The position numbers and the translations under genes are program-made. A DNA stretch of 64,000 bases, taken from positions 1 through 64,000 of the forward strand of contig NKIB01012388.1 in the NCBI GenBank assembly GCA_002256025.1, in the 5' to 3' direction. The notes under the pieces were generated by a model. It saw only the letters and a program-made list of their open reading frames with translations, was not told the origin of the DNA and did not search any database. This document shows positions 33,726-44,492 of the stretch, one piece after another (the stretch's first letter is position 1; each line of letters opens with the position of its first letter). The stretch comes from Asterionella formosa (taxonomy: Eukaryota).

Positions 33726-34592
33726 ATGTCCAACAAGAACAATCTTTCGACTACCGACACGATTGACACTGCTGAGCGACGCCTAGACTCTCGCTTCAGC
33801 TGCAATATTTGTTTGGAACCTGTATCTGAACCAGTTGTCACTCAATGTGGTCACTTGTACTGCTGGCCATGTCTCTATCAATGGCTAGAACCAGGAATGA
33901 CCTTGGAAGAACGCGAACTTCTTTGGGGGAATCAAGTCTTTCAGCAACGACAAGTTAGTACATCCAGGCAGTGTTGTCCTGTTTGCAAGGCGGCTTGTCG
34001 ACTAGCAACAATAGTTCCGATTTACGTGAGAAACGAACCACCTAGTACTCCATTGCAGCCGTCGAATTTGAGCGATGATGGAGATACGGAACGAAACAGG
34101 GATGGGACATCGGAATTTCAGATAGAAGTTGCTACCACCTCGACTGCCATGGAAGGACCTATTACTTCATCACTTCCAGTTGTGGATATGACACCGCAAG
34201 AGTCAGGGATGACAGGTCTTCGACAACGCTTTAGATCCCGTGACAGCTTCATTCCACCAGACCAAGAAATTCCAGACAGACCTGCCCCTTCACCCATGCG
34301 ACAACCCCCACCTTCACGGCAACCTGTGCAAGATGGAGGGCACATAGGCAATACGTCCCGACATCCTCCACATCAAGCTTCGCTGTCGCATGGACTAGCT
34401 GTTGCGGTCCAGCAGGCCTTGTTTCAAAACGAAATGAATCACAATTCAAATTCAGTGCCTCCCTTGCATCGTCGAGGACCAAATGAGCAGCCGAACGCGA
34501 TGCAAACGGAAGCAGACCGTGCGACTGAATTCTTGTCACGATTATTGCTTATGTTAGGGTCGTTTGTGATTCTTTGCTTATTGCTGTTTTGA
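33726..34592 (+). CDS. RING-HC E3 ubiquitin ligase, RNF5/RNF185/RMA1-like, tail-anchored (ERAD)
   Basis: ATG at 33726. FSCNICLE..PVVTQCGHLYCWPCLYQWL...CPVCKA..VPIY, IPDRP and a C-terminal hydrophobic anchor (LLLMLGSFVILCLLLF). Confidence 0.9.
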   Translation: MSNKNNLSTTDTIDTAERRLDSRFSCNICLEPVSEPVVTQCGHLYCWPCLYQWLEPGMTLEERELLWGNQVFQQRQVSTSRQCCPVCKAACRLATIVPIYVRNEPPSTPLQPSNLSDDGDTERNRDGTSEFQIEVATTSTAMEGPITSSLPVVDMTPQESGMTGLRQRFRSRDSFIPPDQEIPDRPAPSPMRQPPPSRQPVQDGGHIGNTSRHPPHQASLSHGLAVAVQQALFQNEMNHNSNSVPPLHRRGPNEQPNAMQTEADRATEFLSRLLLMLGSFVILCLLLF

Positions 34593-34841
34593 TTGAGCAG
34601 CAAGAACGAAGGTGAGTCATCAATACTTGACCCAAAAACACGCAACATTTTGCCTATCCGGGGTATCGCACGTAAGAATCCTCAGTTTAGTTAGCGAATC
34701 AGCATTCGTGTAAGCATCTCTGCTATGTTTAGAGCACAAGGAACGAAACGGAAACGAGCGAAAATGCATCGATTGAAACTGAACTAATTGGAACTATTTT
34801 AAAGATCCGAAGGCTTATACTATGTAAGGTGATGGAACTAA

Positions 34842-36524
34842 TCAATGTTTGAGCACATTTATTGTCGCGATATCAACACCCGCAAAATCTAGATACGACA
34901 TTAGCTGTCTCGTGTGCACGGCATATGGTGATCGAAGTTTCTTGTATGCTCGTTGCTCAGCTGATCGAACAGCATGAATCGAAATAGTTCCACCACAAAC
35001 ATCAACCACTTCTTGCGCCGTTCTCGAGACTCCGTCGTCCAAACCGAGTCGCAGGCGAACAACATCTCGTTCATGAGGAGAGAGTTCGGTAGCCATTGCA
35101 TTTTCCAAACATTGGCGAAGTAGGGAGAGTTCCACGGCATCTTCGGGGCGTCGTTCTTCTGAATGAATGGATTCTCCTAACAAGACTTCTGCCATGCTAG
35201 ATTCACCAGCATTGGAACCCTTAGAAGGTCCTATCGTATAGGGTGCATCCAACGAGAGAAGCGGCTTTGTGAATCGAAGTGCGGTCTTGAGGCGATTAGT
35301 CGTCACACCTAATTCGTCAGCAACTTCGTGTTCTTCTGGCAAGTCTTCGCCACCCTCGTAGCAGCGCTTAACAATTGCCTTGAATTTAGACTTAATATCG
35401 TGAAAGGGAGCAGGTACCTTGACACAGCCAGTAACACTCTGCTGAAAACAGGTTCGCACATAACTAGTCACCCAGTGCGTCGCATAAGTCGAAAACTTGA
35501 GCCCTCGATCTGGTTCAAAGCGGTCAGCTGCCCTAGCAAGGCCCACAATTCCCTCCTGAATGGCTTCGTCTAGAGACGGTCTGGAACCAGATCCGTTATA
35601 AATACTGACAAGTTGAGCGCTACTGTCCGTAACAGTGTATTTGGCGGTCTGCTTGGACCATTTCTTCGCGATGCTGACAACCAGTTTGATGTTACAAGTG
35701 ATTAATTGATCACGAGCCAATGCACCATCAAGCAATAATCTCCGAAGCTCACTGCGAGTCACGCCAAGAGATGCAGTGATTTCTGAGTCAGTTAGCAAAG
35801 AATCGTCCATGACGTCGCGAGTTGGGTGAGGTAGTTGAAGGTAGTTTTGAATGTGGCCTTTCTTCTGCAGGACCAGATCGTCGTCGTCCGCTTCCGTCCA
35901 TGAAAATTCCTCGTCTTCCAGCAAACCTTCTCCAAGTCCAAAAACATTGATGTTGTTGAACTCGCTCCAGTCAATGCTGTCATTTGCTTCATAGTTGGCT
36001 TCCACTCGAGCCAAGAGCATGGACTCATCAACCGGCCCATCTTGAAAGTCAAAACGGCCCTGGTTCTGGACTTGAAACGCCTTCATTTCAATCAAGTCCT
36101 TCATTTTTGCCTGCAGTTGAGTTGCCCTCTGCACTTTTCCGCCCAATGCAAATTCTTCACTTTTGGTCAACATTGAGTGGCTAAGCATCTCCATTCGTTG
36201 GTAGTTTGCGCCTGACACAACCTTCACTCGCTTTCGTCGCCTAGGCGCAGAAGTGACAGCCTTCTTTGTGGTCTTTGGGGCTTCCAACGTTGACGCTGTC
36301 GCCATTTTCAGCTTTGTAGCTCCTGTGTTACTAGTCCTGCGGCGTCCATCGAGATTTGAGACTTCATTAGCACCATGCGATATCTTCAAGCACGCAGAGG
36401 AAGCCCTGGACGTTTTCCTCGCTGGAGCTTGGCGTGACAAAGCATCGGTATAGGGTGAGTGTATAGCACTGATTATCAGCGCCATCATGGCCAGGCTGCG
36501 ATAAGATGGAGGGGACTGGCTCAT
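34842..36524 (-). CDS. Nucleus-encoded plastid RNA polymerase sigma-70 factor
   Basis: Signal peptide plus basic Ser/Thr-rich transit-like leader. Region 1.2 (LTKSEEFALG), region 2 (NIKLVVSIAKKW, IQEGIVGLARAADRFEPDRGLKFSTYATHWV), region 3 (EVADELGV, LSLDAP) and region 4 (LSPHERDVVRLRLGL, VRSAEQRAYKKLR). Confidence 0.92.
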   Translation of the reverse strand: MSQSPPSYRSLAMMALIISAIHSPYTDALSRQAPARKTSRASSACLKISHGANEVSNLDGRRRTSNTGATKLKMATASTLEAPKTTKKAVTSAPRRRKRVKVVSGANYQRMEMLSHSMLTKSEEFALGGKVQRATQLQAKMKDLIEMKAFQVQNQGRFDFQDGPVDESMLLARVEANYEANDSIDWSEFNNINVFGLGEGLLEDEEFSWTEADDDDLVLQKKGHIQNYLQLPHPTRDVMDDSLLTDSEITASLGVTRSELRRLLLDGALARDQLITCNIKLVVSIAKKWSKQTAKYTVTDSSAQLVSIYNGSGSRPSLDEAIQEGIVGLARAADRFEPDRGLKFSTYATHWVTSYVRTCFQQSVTGCVKVPAPFHDIKSKFKAIVKRCYEGGEDLPEEHEVADELGVTTNRLKTALRFTKPLLSLDAPYTIGPSKGSNAGESSMAEVLLGESIHSEERRPEDAVELSLLRQCLENAMATELSPHERDVVRLRLGLDDGVSRTAQEVVDVCGGTISIHAVRSAEQRAYKKLRSPYAVHTRQLMSYLDFAGVDIATINVLKH

Positions 36525-36639
36525 CTTGCCGGCTTTTGTTTGTTCGTTTACTCTACTTCAACTTGCGTTTGCACTTCCCGGATTTCCACGTTGGTGTTGG
36601 TTGAGTCTACCTATTGTAAAGTTTAAGTCTGGACATTGT

Positions 36640-37045
36640 TGCGTACTGTACCTGGTACCAGTAATGTACTCCTTACTGGTTGGTACCTGGTACAAGGTAC
36701 CATATGTTGAGTGACAGGTCGCCGTACTGCACTCGCAGGAGGTTCTGGGTACCACTGGTACCAAATGGTACCGGTGCAATAGATGGAGGAACCGTGCCAT
36801 GTGGCCTCGGCGTTGGCTTCGTTGCTTGCGTCACCAATCTGCATTCTTCTATGAACCGGTATGTTTTCTTTCCTCCGGCTGAGGATGCTGACGGCACTAC
36901 TTCGCCAAAAAGACAGCTGCATGGCACTGTGACGTCTGTCCTATGCTGCCAGAAGGTACCTGGAGTGCACCAGATACTGGTCTGCACGGTGTGTTGGAAC
37001 TCTGCGACCTATGTAACACACTTTGTACCAGGTACCCCCTGGTAC
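36640..37045. promoter_or_regulatory. GGTACC palindrome cluster upstream of the sigma factor gene
   Basis: tacctggtaccagta, ggtacctggtacaaggtacc, gggtaccactggtaccaaatggtaccgg, tgtaccaggtaccccctggtac. Confidence 0.5.
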
Positions 37046-38830
37046 TCCCTCTGTCTAGTAACAGTTGCATCGATAATTCAAATTTATCCGGGGCCATTTT
37101 GACTACTACAATTTTCTCCGGCTTAATAGCCCTATGGTGCAGCTTGCTCTAAGCTACCGATCCATGTATACATTATATATAGAAAGATTCAAATTGGCAA
37201 CTACATCTGAAAAACACGTTTTTCGGCTTTTTCGACTTCCACTTTTGCTCATCTTGAGCAAAATGCGGATGCCTGACACCCCTTTTTCTTGCCACCACCT
37301 CTTCTCAACAAGCACATGAGAAAGGATCTAACACCAGAAGAGTGTCAACTCATGTTGGATTATGGTGGTTTACAGAACCTCCAAAAAGGACCTGATGGAG
37401 GGGACGAAATAGATGGTCAGCTCATTTTAGTGCGTGGAACCGTTAAATTTTTGGCAGGCCAGTTAAAAGTTGATAAAACAACTATACAACGTATTTGTAA
37501 CCGCGCGCTTGAATCCTATTATAATGATGATACTTACGTGTTTGCATTGCTTCCCCGCAAATTATTGACTGGGTATACTTGCAAATACCCATGTGAAGAA
37601 ATAATTGCAGCAATTAGAGGTATTCCATATCGCAAGCATACTACGTATCGTAAATTAGCAGCTGCTCTTGCCCTTCCCAAGTCAACAGTTTTTTGGATTG
37701 CAAAGGATAACAGAAAGAATGTAATACGACGTGCAGTCAAGCCGATGCTTTTGGAGGAGGGTAAGATAAGTCGTTTTATGTCTAGTGTTAATCATTTACA
37801 ATTGAACCATCCAATCAAGAACATCCTTCCCCTCATGCTGATTTTGATCCAGGACTGTTTGGTTACTATGATGGCTTCTACGACCAGGTCCATATAGATG
37901 AAAAGTGGTTCTTTGTTACAGAAGGAAAGTTGAAAATATATCTGGCTAATGGAGAAGAGGCTCCCACAAGGAGGCGGACGAAACATAAGGAGCATATCGA
38001 AAAGGTCATGTTCCTTTCTGCTGTGACACGTCTGCGTTTTGACGACGAAAAAGTGTGTACATTTGATGGTAAAATTGGAATTTGGCCATTTGTATACCAA
38101 GTAGCAGCGCAAAGAAGTTCAATTTATCGACCGGCAGGGACAATGGAAACAAAGTCACTCCCAGGAGTGACAAAACAGTCATAAGCTGACATGATTGTTG
38201 ATAATGTTTTACCTATGATAAAAGCGAAGTGGCCTGATGGAAACAAACGAATATATCTACAGCATGACAATGCTTCAACACATTTTGGTTCCGATTTTGC
38301 TCCCTTTGTAGCACCTGCAACAGATGAAGAATGGGATATTCGATTGACTAAGCAACCAGCAAACAGTCCGGATTTGAATATCAACGATCTATCTTGTTTT
38401 AGGGCATTACAGTCAGGTCAATGGTGGGACTCTCCTGTGGAAGAAGCCCACAACGACATCGACGGTTTGATAGAGGCAGTGCAGGCAGCATTCGGGTTTT
38501 TTTAACCAACCAAATTTTATTGTTCTTTCTAAACATCACAGGGTTGCTTGGAAGAGATTATTTTGGTTAATGGCGACAACAATTATAATATACCTCACAT
38601 TGGGATGGCGGCTCTGGAACGGGCGGGAGTTTTACCTGATAGGCTAGCAGCTGGGGAAGGAGCAATTGAGTTGGCTAGCACATTTCTGGATGATCTTTTT
38701 TGACAGTAGGGTGTGATGATAAGGGGGTTTTCGTCTCCGGTGCCATTTTGCATGGCTGCATTGGATCAAAAGACTTTCCCCCATATATTTATATATATAC
38801 TAGCACTGGTTGTTAATGGTTCTATATGTA
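37045..38830 (+). mobile_element. Degenerate mariner-like element of the DD39D ('plant mariner') clade
   Basis: TA followed by CTCCCTCTGTC at 37043-37055 (left TIR). Transposase pieces VHIDEKWFF, KVMFLSAV, FDGKIGIWPFV, RPAGT.ETK and IYLQHDNA...QPANSPDLNINDL, with exactly 39 residues between the 2nd and 3rd Asp. Stop and frameshifts present. Right TIR not found. Confidence 0.9.
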
Positions 38831-38899
38831 TTGAACTTATAGTTTCTTTGACAAGCTGGATAAATATAGTTGGATTTTATTTAACTACACAACAGTAGT

Positions 38900-40332
38900 A
38901 GGATTTTGAAACGTAAAAAGAGCAACTCCATAACCTCGCATATTCATTCTCTGTTTTGAGACGAAGCAACACACATGTGTCAGTTTTTCTAACAGTTGAG
39001 GATTGATCCAGAGATGGCTGATAGCACTTCCCGATTTCTTTTGTCCACATTGATGGTTGGCCATCAAATCCAAAAGGAGCTATTGAATCACTGACAGGGG
39101 ACGAGTCATTCCGTATTTGTAATCCCAACAAGCAATTGATCATCCTGGCATTTGCTCTTGACGTGTTATCATGCACAGCTTGTTGATTCCGCCCTCCTTC
39201 TCCATCATATTTACTCATTTTTAGCCGCATGGTGTATCATCGTGCTGTATTGTCATTTCAGTTTTTCGCATACTGTGTTGCTTGAGCTCCTTCATTTCAG
39301 GAAGTGTATGCATGACAAGCAAGGAGCATGAAAGGCATTTGCTCTTGACTTATCATCAATTGATTCCGCCCTTCTCCGCAGTCACTCCTGCTAAACTGCA
39401 GCAAGTATCATTATGTTGTATTATGACTTTTGTTTTCCGCATCTTCATGTGTGATGATCCTTCATTTCAGGAGCAAAGTGTATGCATGACAAGGAACATG
39501 AAAACATGATTTCAAATGTTTCAGCCATGTCTACATATATATAGATTTGTAAGTTTAAATGTATAGTAGTATATAGTTGAACATTTGCATAGTTTTAAAC
39601 ACTTTCATTATATGGCAAATCCTGTGTATATTGTCATCAATTTTGATTGTACATAATTCAAATATATACAATGCATGATGAGTTCATAGTTTTCCACGAC
39701 CGGTTGAATTTTTTCAATTTGTGTTGTGTCAATTCTTGTACCTACAAGTCAGTGGCAGATTTAATTAAGCCCCGTAATAAATGGGAGTCATCACCAATTT
39801 TTCAAATGGTCTAAATCATACATTTATGAATTTAGATGATTCAGGTTTTAACACTGATCGATGCTCCGGTGACAGACCGAAAATATTCATCTTGTGTGAT
39901 GAGCCATTTCGTTTTCATTGGATTTCTTTTCAAGCTCTTAACGGATTGTATACAAAGCAGCATACTGTGCACTGTAGATGATGATTAATCGAAGACATAT
40001 GATGACTTAAACGACAAACGAAGATTTTATGACAAACACTCATTCCTCTCAGCATGGCTGTTTTGTCGTTGTTGCAAGAATCAGAGTGACGACTGGAGAG
40101 GATGATGAACCAAACCACATTACTTTCGCTCGTACATTATCCTAACAAGAAATTTGAATTAAAAAACCTAATAGAAACATGCATAAAATTATTAAATATA
40201 CATAGTCAAAAGGGTTACTATTTAAATTTGTAGGGTATTTATAAAAATTATTAGATGATAAAACAAAAAATTATGATCGGATGATCATTATACTATGATG
40301 CATCATAGAAATATGATGGTTTTTATTTGCAG
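38900..40332. mobile_element. Family B element, copy 2 (carries the right TIR)
   Basis: 38960-39828 matches 14605-15485. It ends atgatggtttttatttgcag (40313-40332), 17/20 complementary to the left ends at 13810 and 61112. Confidence 0.75.
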
Positions 40333-42484
40333 GCGGAGCTGTTGCTCGCATGAATAATCTTGGTTTCGATGAATCCATTCAATGAGCTGAGCAAATATTA
40401 TTACCACAAGATAAGAATGCGTCATCCACAAGCAAGAAAGATGCGAGTCCATTCTTTCCTCATTCTGATGGCTTCACAAGCACCTGATTAAGGATCCTCG
40501 ACTGTTCGTTCAGCTTCTCTAATCTCCTGGATCTGCTGTTTCTTATATAAAATTCTCACAAAGCAAGCTCTCCAAGTAAGCACTCCCAGATTATCAAGAA
40601 GCATGATCAGACCCCCTTGTATTTTCAAAGCGCCAAATTCGATTTGACGCTGACTTGTTGGATCTTAATAAGTTTTTAAAGCGGTCTGGACCCAATACAA
40701 TTGAAGCCGATCAGGTCATTTTCGAATATAAGGATGTATATTTGCTTAGTAGCAATACAATGACAATGACGCAGAATTGCGTACATCCTTGGAAGCAAGT
40801 GACAACAAAGCCTAAGTCACATAATTTGAAAAGTTGGAAATGGCAATTGGGTAAATGAGTCCTCAGGAATTTGTACTAATGCATCAAGGAAAATAGAAAT
40901 TGTTGTTAACTAGAAAGAAAAAAATCTGTACTCCGATTTTCGATGAAGCCATAAGTTTACTAGGAAGAGGAGGACAGAATAGAACCGAGAGAGATCATCG
41001 CCATTGGAACCAACGACAATTCAATGCCCCTTAAAATCAAGAGGTATAAAAATTCATGAAAATCAACACGTGGAACTTCAGTCGAAGTAGATCCATGAAA
41101 CGGAAAGATGGTCTGGTGATCATATTTGACTATGACTGGATGCATCATGAAACTAAAATGGGTAGGCATCGTAGCTACCAGTACAAAGAAATAATTCTAG
41201 CTACCATTACAACATAGTTTTTAGCCTTAGTAAATGTTCTATATGAATAACATTCATAGGAATAAGTTTTATGTGCACATGCATCCACGATCTTGTTGTT
41301 GCCGTCGTTGCATTCATTCATGGCAAACATGAAATCGAAGTCAATTGCGCAGCGATGGGTGTGAAATCGTTGATGTATCTTCATTGCAACTACTAGTCTA
41401 TATGACCTTTTTTGAGACATTCCTGTACAGTTTTATTTCCAGCTTGCCCACTATCAAGCTCAAGAGTGTGAAGCCATTGTTCATCTAGGCGTGGATCTGC
41501 ATGCCCAACACCAAATAATTAAGATAATTAATAGTCTTAAAGCGCTTAAATATAAGCGACATTTAATTTTTTTATTGACAGTGTATCTGACATGAGGCAG
41601 TGTACCCTTTTGCCAAAGGGTGGCGCCTGATGGAAATCTCCTTCTGTTATTGGTTTGATGGTATTGATTACATTCATTTTCCCCATTGCTCAAAAGCTCA
41701 GAGGGGATTGATATCAACGAATTTGCTGAAATTTGGGGGCATTGCTGACGTCATGTAGAAGTTTGGCTCAGAATCAGAAATTGTTGTGGCTTGGATCTTG
41801 ATTCTTTTGATCATTTGTTGTTCCACCTTTTTCAAAAGGTTCTGGTATGGCGCGCAAGAAATATTGATTTCTGCCCCTTTCCTTTTCACATCCTTTTAAT
41901 ATTTGATGAAAGCCAGAGGCTATAGCGGTTGATTGGCGTTGAAACGACGACGATTATGTCAGGTTGAGGATTACACCAGGCTTGAAGTCTCATTCAAATT
42001 TTAAATTGTTTTATCTTAATGCATCTTCCATGTGGGTTACATGAAATAAGGTGCTGATGGGAGAATCTATTGCCATTATCACAATTGTCAAGAAGTGAGT
42101 GAAACATTCAAGCAAAAGGCATCAAGTCTTGCTTGGTAACTCCATAGCTGCAAATTTTTCGCCGAGGAATCAATTTTTGTAAATTTGTGCAAAGTAATAA
42201 TTTGAAAAAATTGATGTGTGAGTTATGTACCCCTTTTGCAGATTATTGCAAAATGATTAAATCATATCGATGATGTGAGGGCTCTGTGCCCCTTTTCGAT
42301 TATGAAAAGCCACGCTCTTTGTCGTTTTAAGATGACAACTGAACGACAGGTATCTCTCGGTTTGATGAAAAAATAGCAGATGAAACGACAAAAGTCAGAA
42401 ATGTTATATTTTTTTCCAAGGATTCTTTCCTTCAACCAATCTACAGCAAGCTTCTTATGATCATTCATTAGGCTTACTTTCACT

Positions 42485-42650
42485 CGCCCAAATTACTAAT
42501 TTGGGTGCCTCAATATCGTGCGTGAATTAGGCTAGGAAAATAATTTAAGGGAATGACATCACAAATAAATGGGATGCAAATAGTTTCAACAACTGGAATA
42601 TTTTTAGGAACCCACATAACTTTTGGTGCAAACTAACAATATTTTTGTAA
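42485..42650. repeat. Dispersed repeat with terminal hairpin (family C), copy 1
   Basis: cccaaat-N5-atttggg hairpin, then taatttaaggg.atgacatcaca...tttaggaac.cacataa...gcaaact. Matches 60665-60855. Confidence 0.7.
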
Positions 42651-43399
42651 ATCTAATCATAACATTTCTGGATCAACGCCCATTTTTCCTGTTTCTCGTT
42701 CTTTCCATTTACTTGAACCCAAGCATCAAATATATATTCAAGCCTTTCTGCACCCCTGCTTTAAAGCTGATTTATCAACATTCTTGACCATACTAATCTT
42801 AGTGCATCATGGTCTCCCTGCCTGAGACACACCCATTCTAGTAAAACAAATATCATCCATCCACTAAGACCCACATAGGCTCCTTGCCTGGTTCCACTGT
42901 CCGACATTTACAATCCTGGCCCTCTTGGCCACTTTGGAACACAACAGACTCCACCATAGTCGACTATCTATAATGCGTATTTGAAATGTATCTTGCAACT
43001 AAATAAAATGACTTATTGGAATATTTCATTTCCATTGAAATAGATATTTCAACTTCTCATTCACCATCTACTGATAATTGATGAATTGATTCTAGAAACT
43101 GAACAAGTATAGTTTTAATTTATTTTGATTGCATTCGATTTCACTGCTACTATCATTTCAGTATTTCCGATTTACAACACAAGATTTAATCTAATCCAAA
43201 TACTCTTTGTATTTATCCTCATTTTGAGTCCACAAGTGCTTGATCAAATCATTTTGCAATCGATAGTGCTCACCTTCAGTCATGTATTTCATTTGCATTG
43301 TTTTGATATCTTGAAAAGTATGCACATTGTTGTTATTCACATTGTCAAACCAAAATCCATTCTGATTATTATCAAATTAATTTGTGAGTGTTCTGCTGT

Positions 43400-44000
43400 A
43401 TGCCACTAACCTTCTCTGATCATATTGTGTAGTATGATAAATGCTATGATGACATGATTCATTGCACCCACTGACCAGAGCTTACATGGAAGTGACAGTA
43501 TCCTCCACCTTGCATTTAGCGCACCAAATGCTTTCTCTATGTCTGGCAATGGACCTCTTGTCTCATTGCGAAATATGCATGCTTTGCACCTTGTGGTTCT
43601 GAATCTTTTTACGAAAATGTGCTGATCTGGATAGCTGCCATCAACCAATTTGTACCCTAGCTAGATTGTGTTGCTTGTAGTTGATTGTACTAAAGTTGAT
43701 GGCAGGAGTCCTTCCAGCTGTCAAATCCTGAAAAAACAGAGAATGATCCAAAATATTGAGATTGTTGTTGTTAGAACCTGGCATTCCAAACCATGCATGC
43801 CAGAACAAAGTCTACAATCAACAGTAGCTTCCAAAGCAACAGTAGCCACTCCATTGTTTCCTTGAAATGCTCCGCTGTGTGCCTTGGGTAAATTCTTCTA
43901 GTCCTACTGCATCAAGTCCAATGAACCAAGAACAAGTGCCAGCCAACCCTTTCCTTCATGGCGACATAACAAGTTCCATTAGCCAAAATTCGAATCAGAG
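43400..44000 (-). pseudogene. PIF/Harbinger-type transposase remnant
   Basis: Broken frames give LGSLDLMQ..KNLPKAHSGAFQG, TVALEATVD, FGMPGSNNNNLNILDHS, LVDGSYP..IFVK and DIEKAFGALNARWRIL...IILHNMIRE, in canonical Harbinger motif order. Confidence 0.85.
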
Positions 44001-44492
44001 AATGACCCTCAGAATATTTTCCACCATGAAGCTATTAGTACAGTGCAATACAAGAGCTCAATCATGAGCGAGATACACTCATCACTAAGATTTTTTAGTT
44101 TTGTACAAGATGCTAAGTACATAACTTGTGCACTGGTTTCCACAATGCGGGCATACCAGGTACCACATGTACTAACGGTGGTCCAGTGGAATATCAACGT
44201 TGTCGTTTGTCGTATGTAGGTATAGCTAGGTCTGATTCTGCATTTACTACAGTTTACGATATTACTACCTATAGTGATGCATCCAATCCATACCAGTACA
44301 AACTTGTTCATATACTTTCACCCGTAAATCATTGAACGTTGTCGTGGTGGTCGAGCGCGCGGTATATAGGAGTACGAAAAATCCTTGCAAAAAGGTTTTG
44401 TCCGACAGGCCAAAAAAGGGATACAATAAGACGAAGCGGTCCTTTCCTTTTCACACAGTTGCTGCTCCTCGCATTAGGCCACTCCATAGAAA

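Noticed and set aside
34842..36524. Sigma-70 gene as bacterial contamination or recent horizontal transfer
   Set aside because: It has a signal-plus-transit leader and lies among eukaryotic genes, and nucleus-encoded plastid sigma factors are expected in algae.
36526..37152. Overlapping short ORFs rich in VPGT/WY/YQVP (also at 56079-56561 and 5882-6617)
   Set aside because: They are translation artefacts of the GGTACC palindrome clusters.
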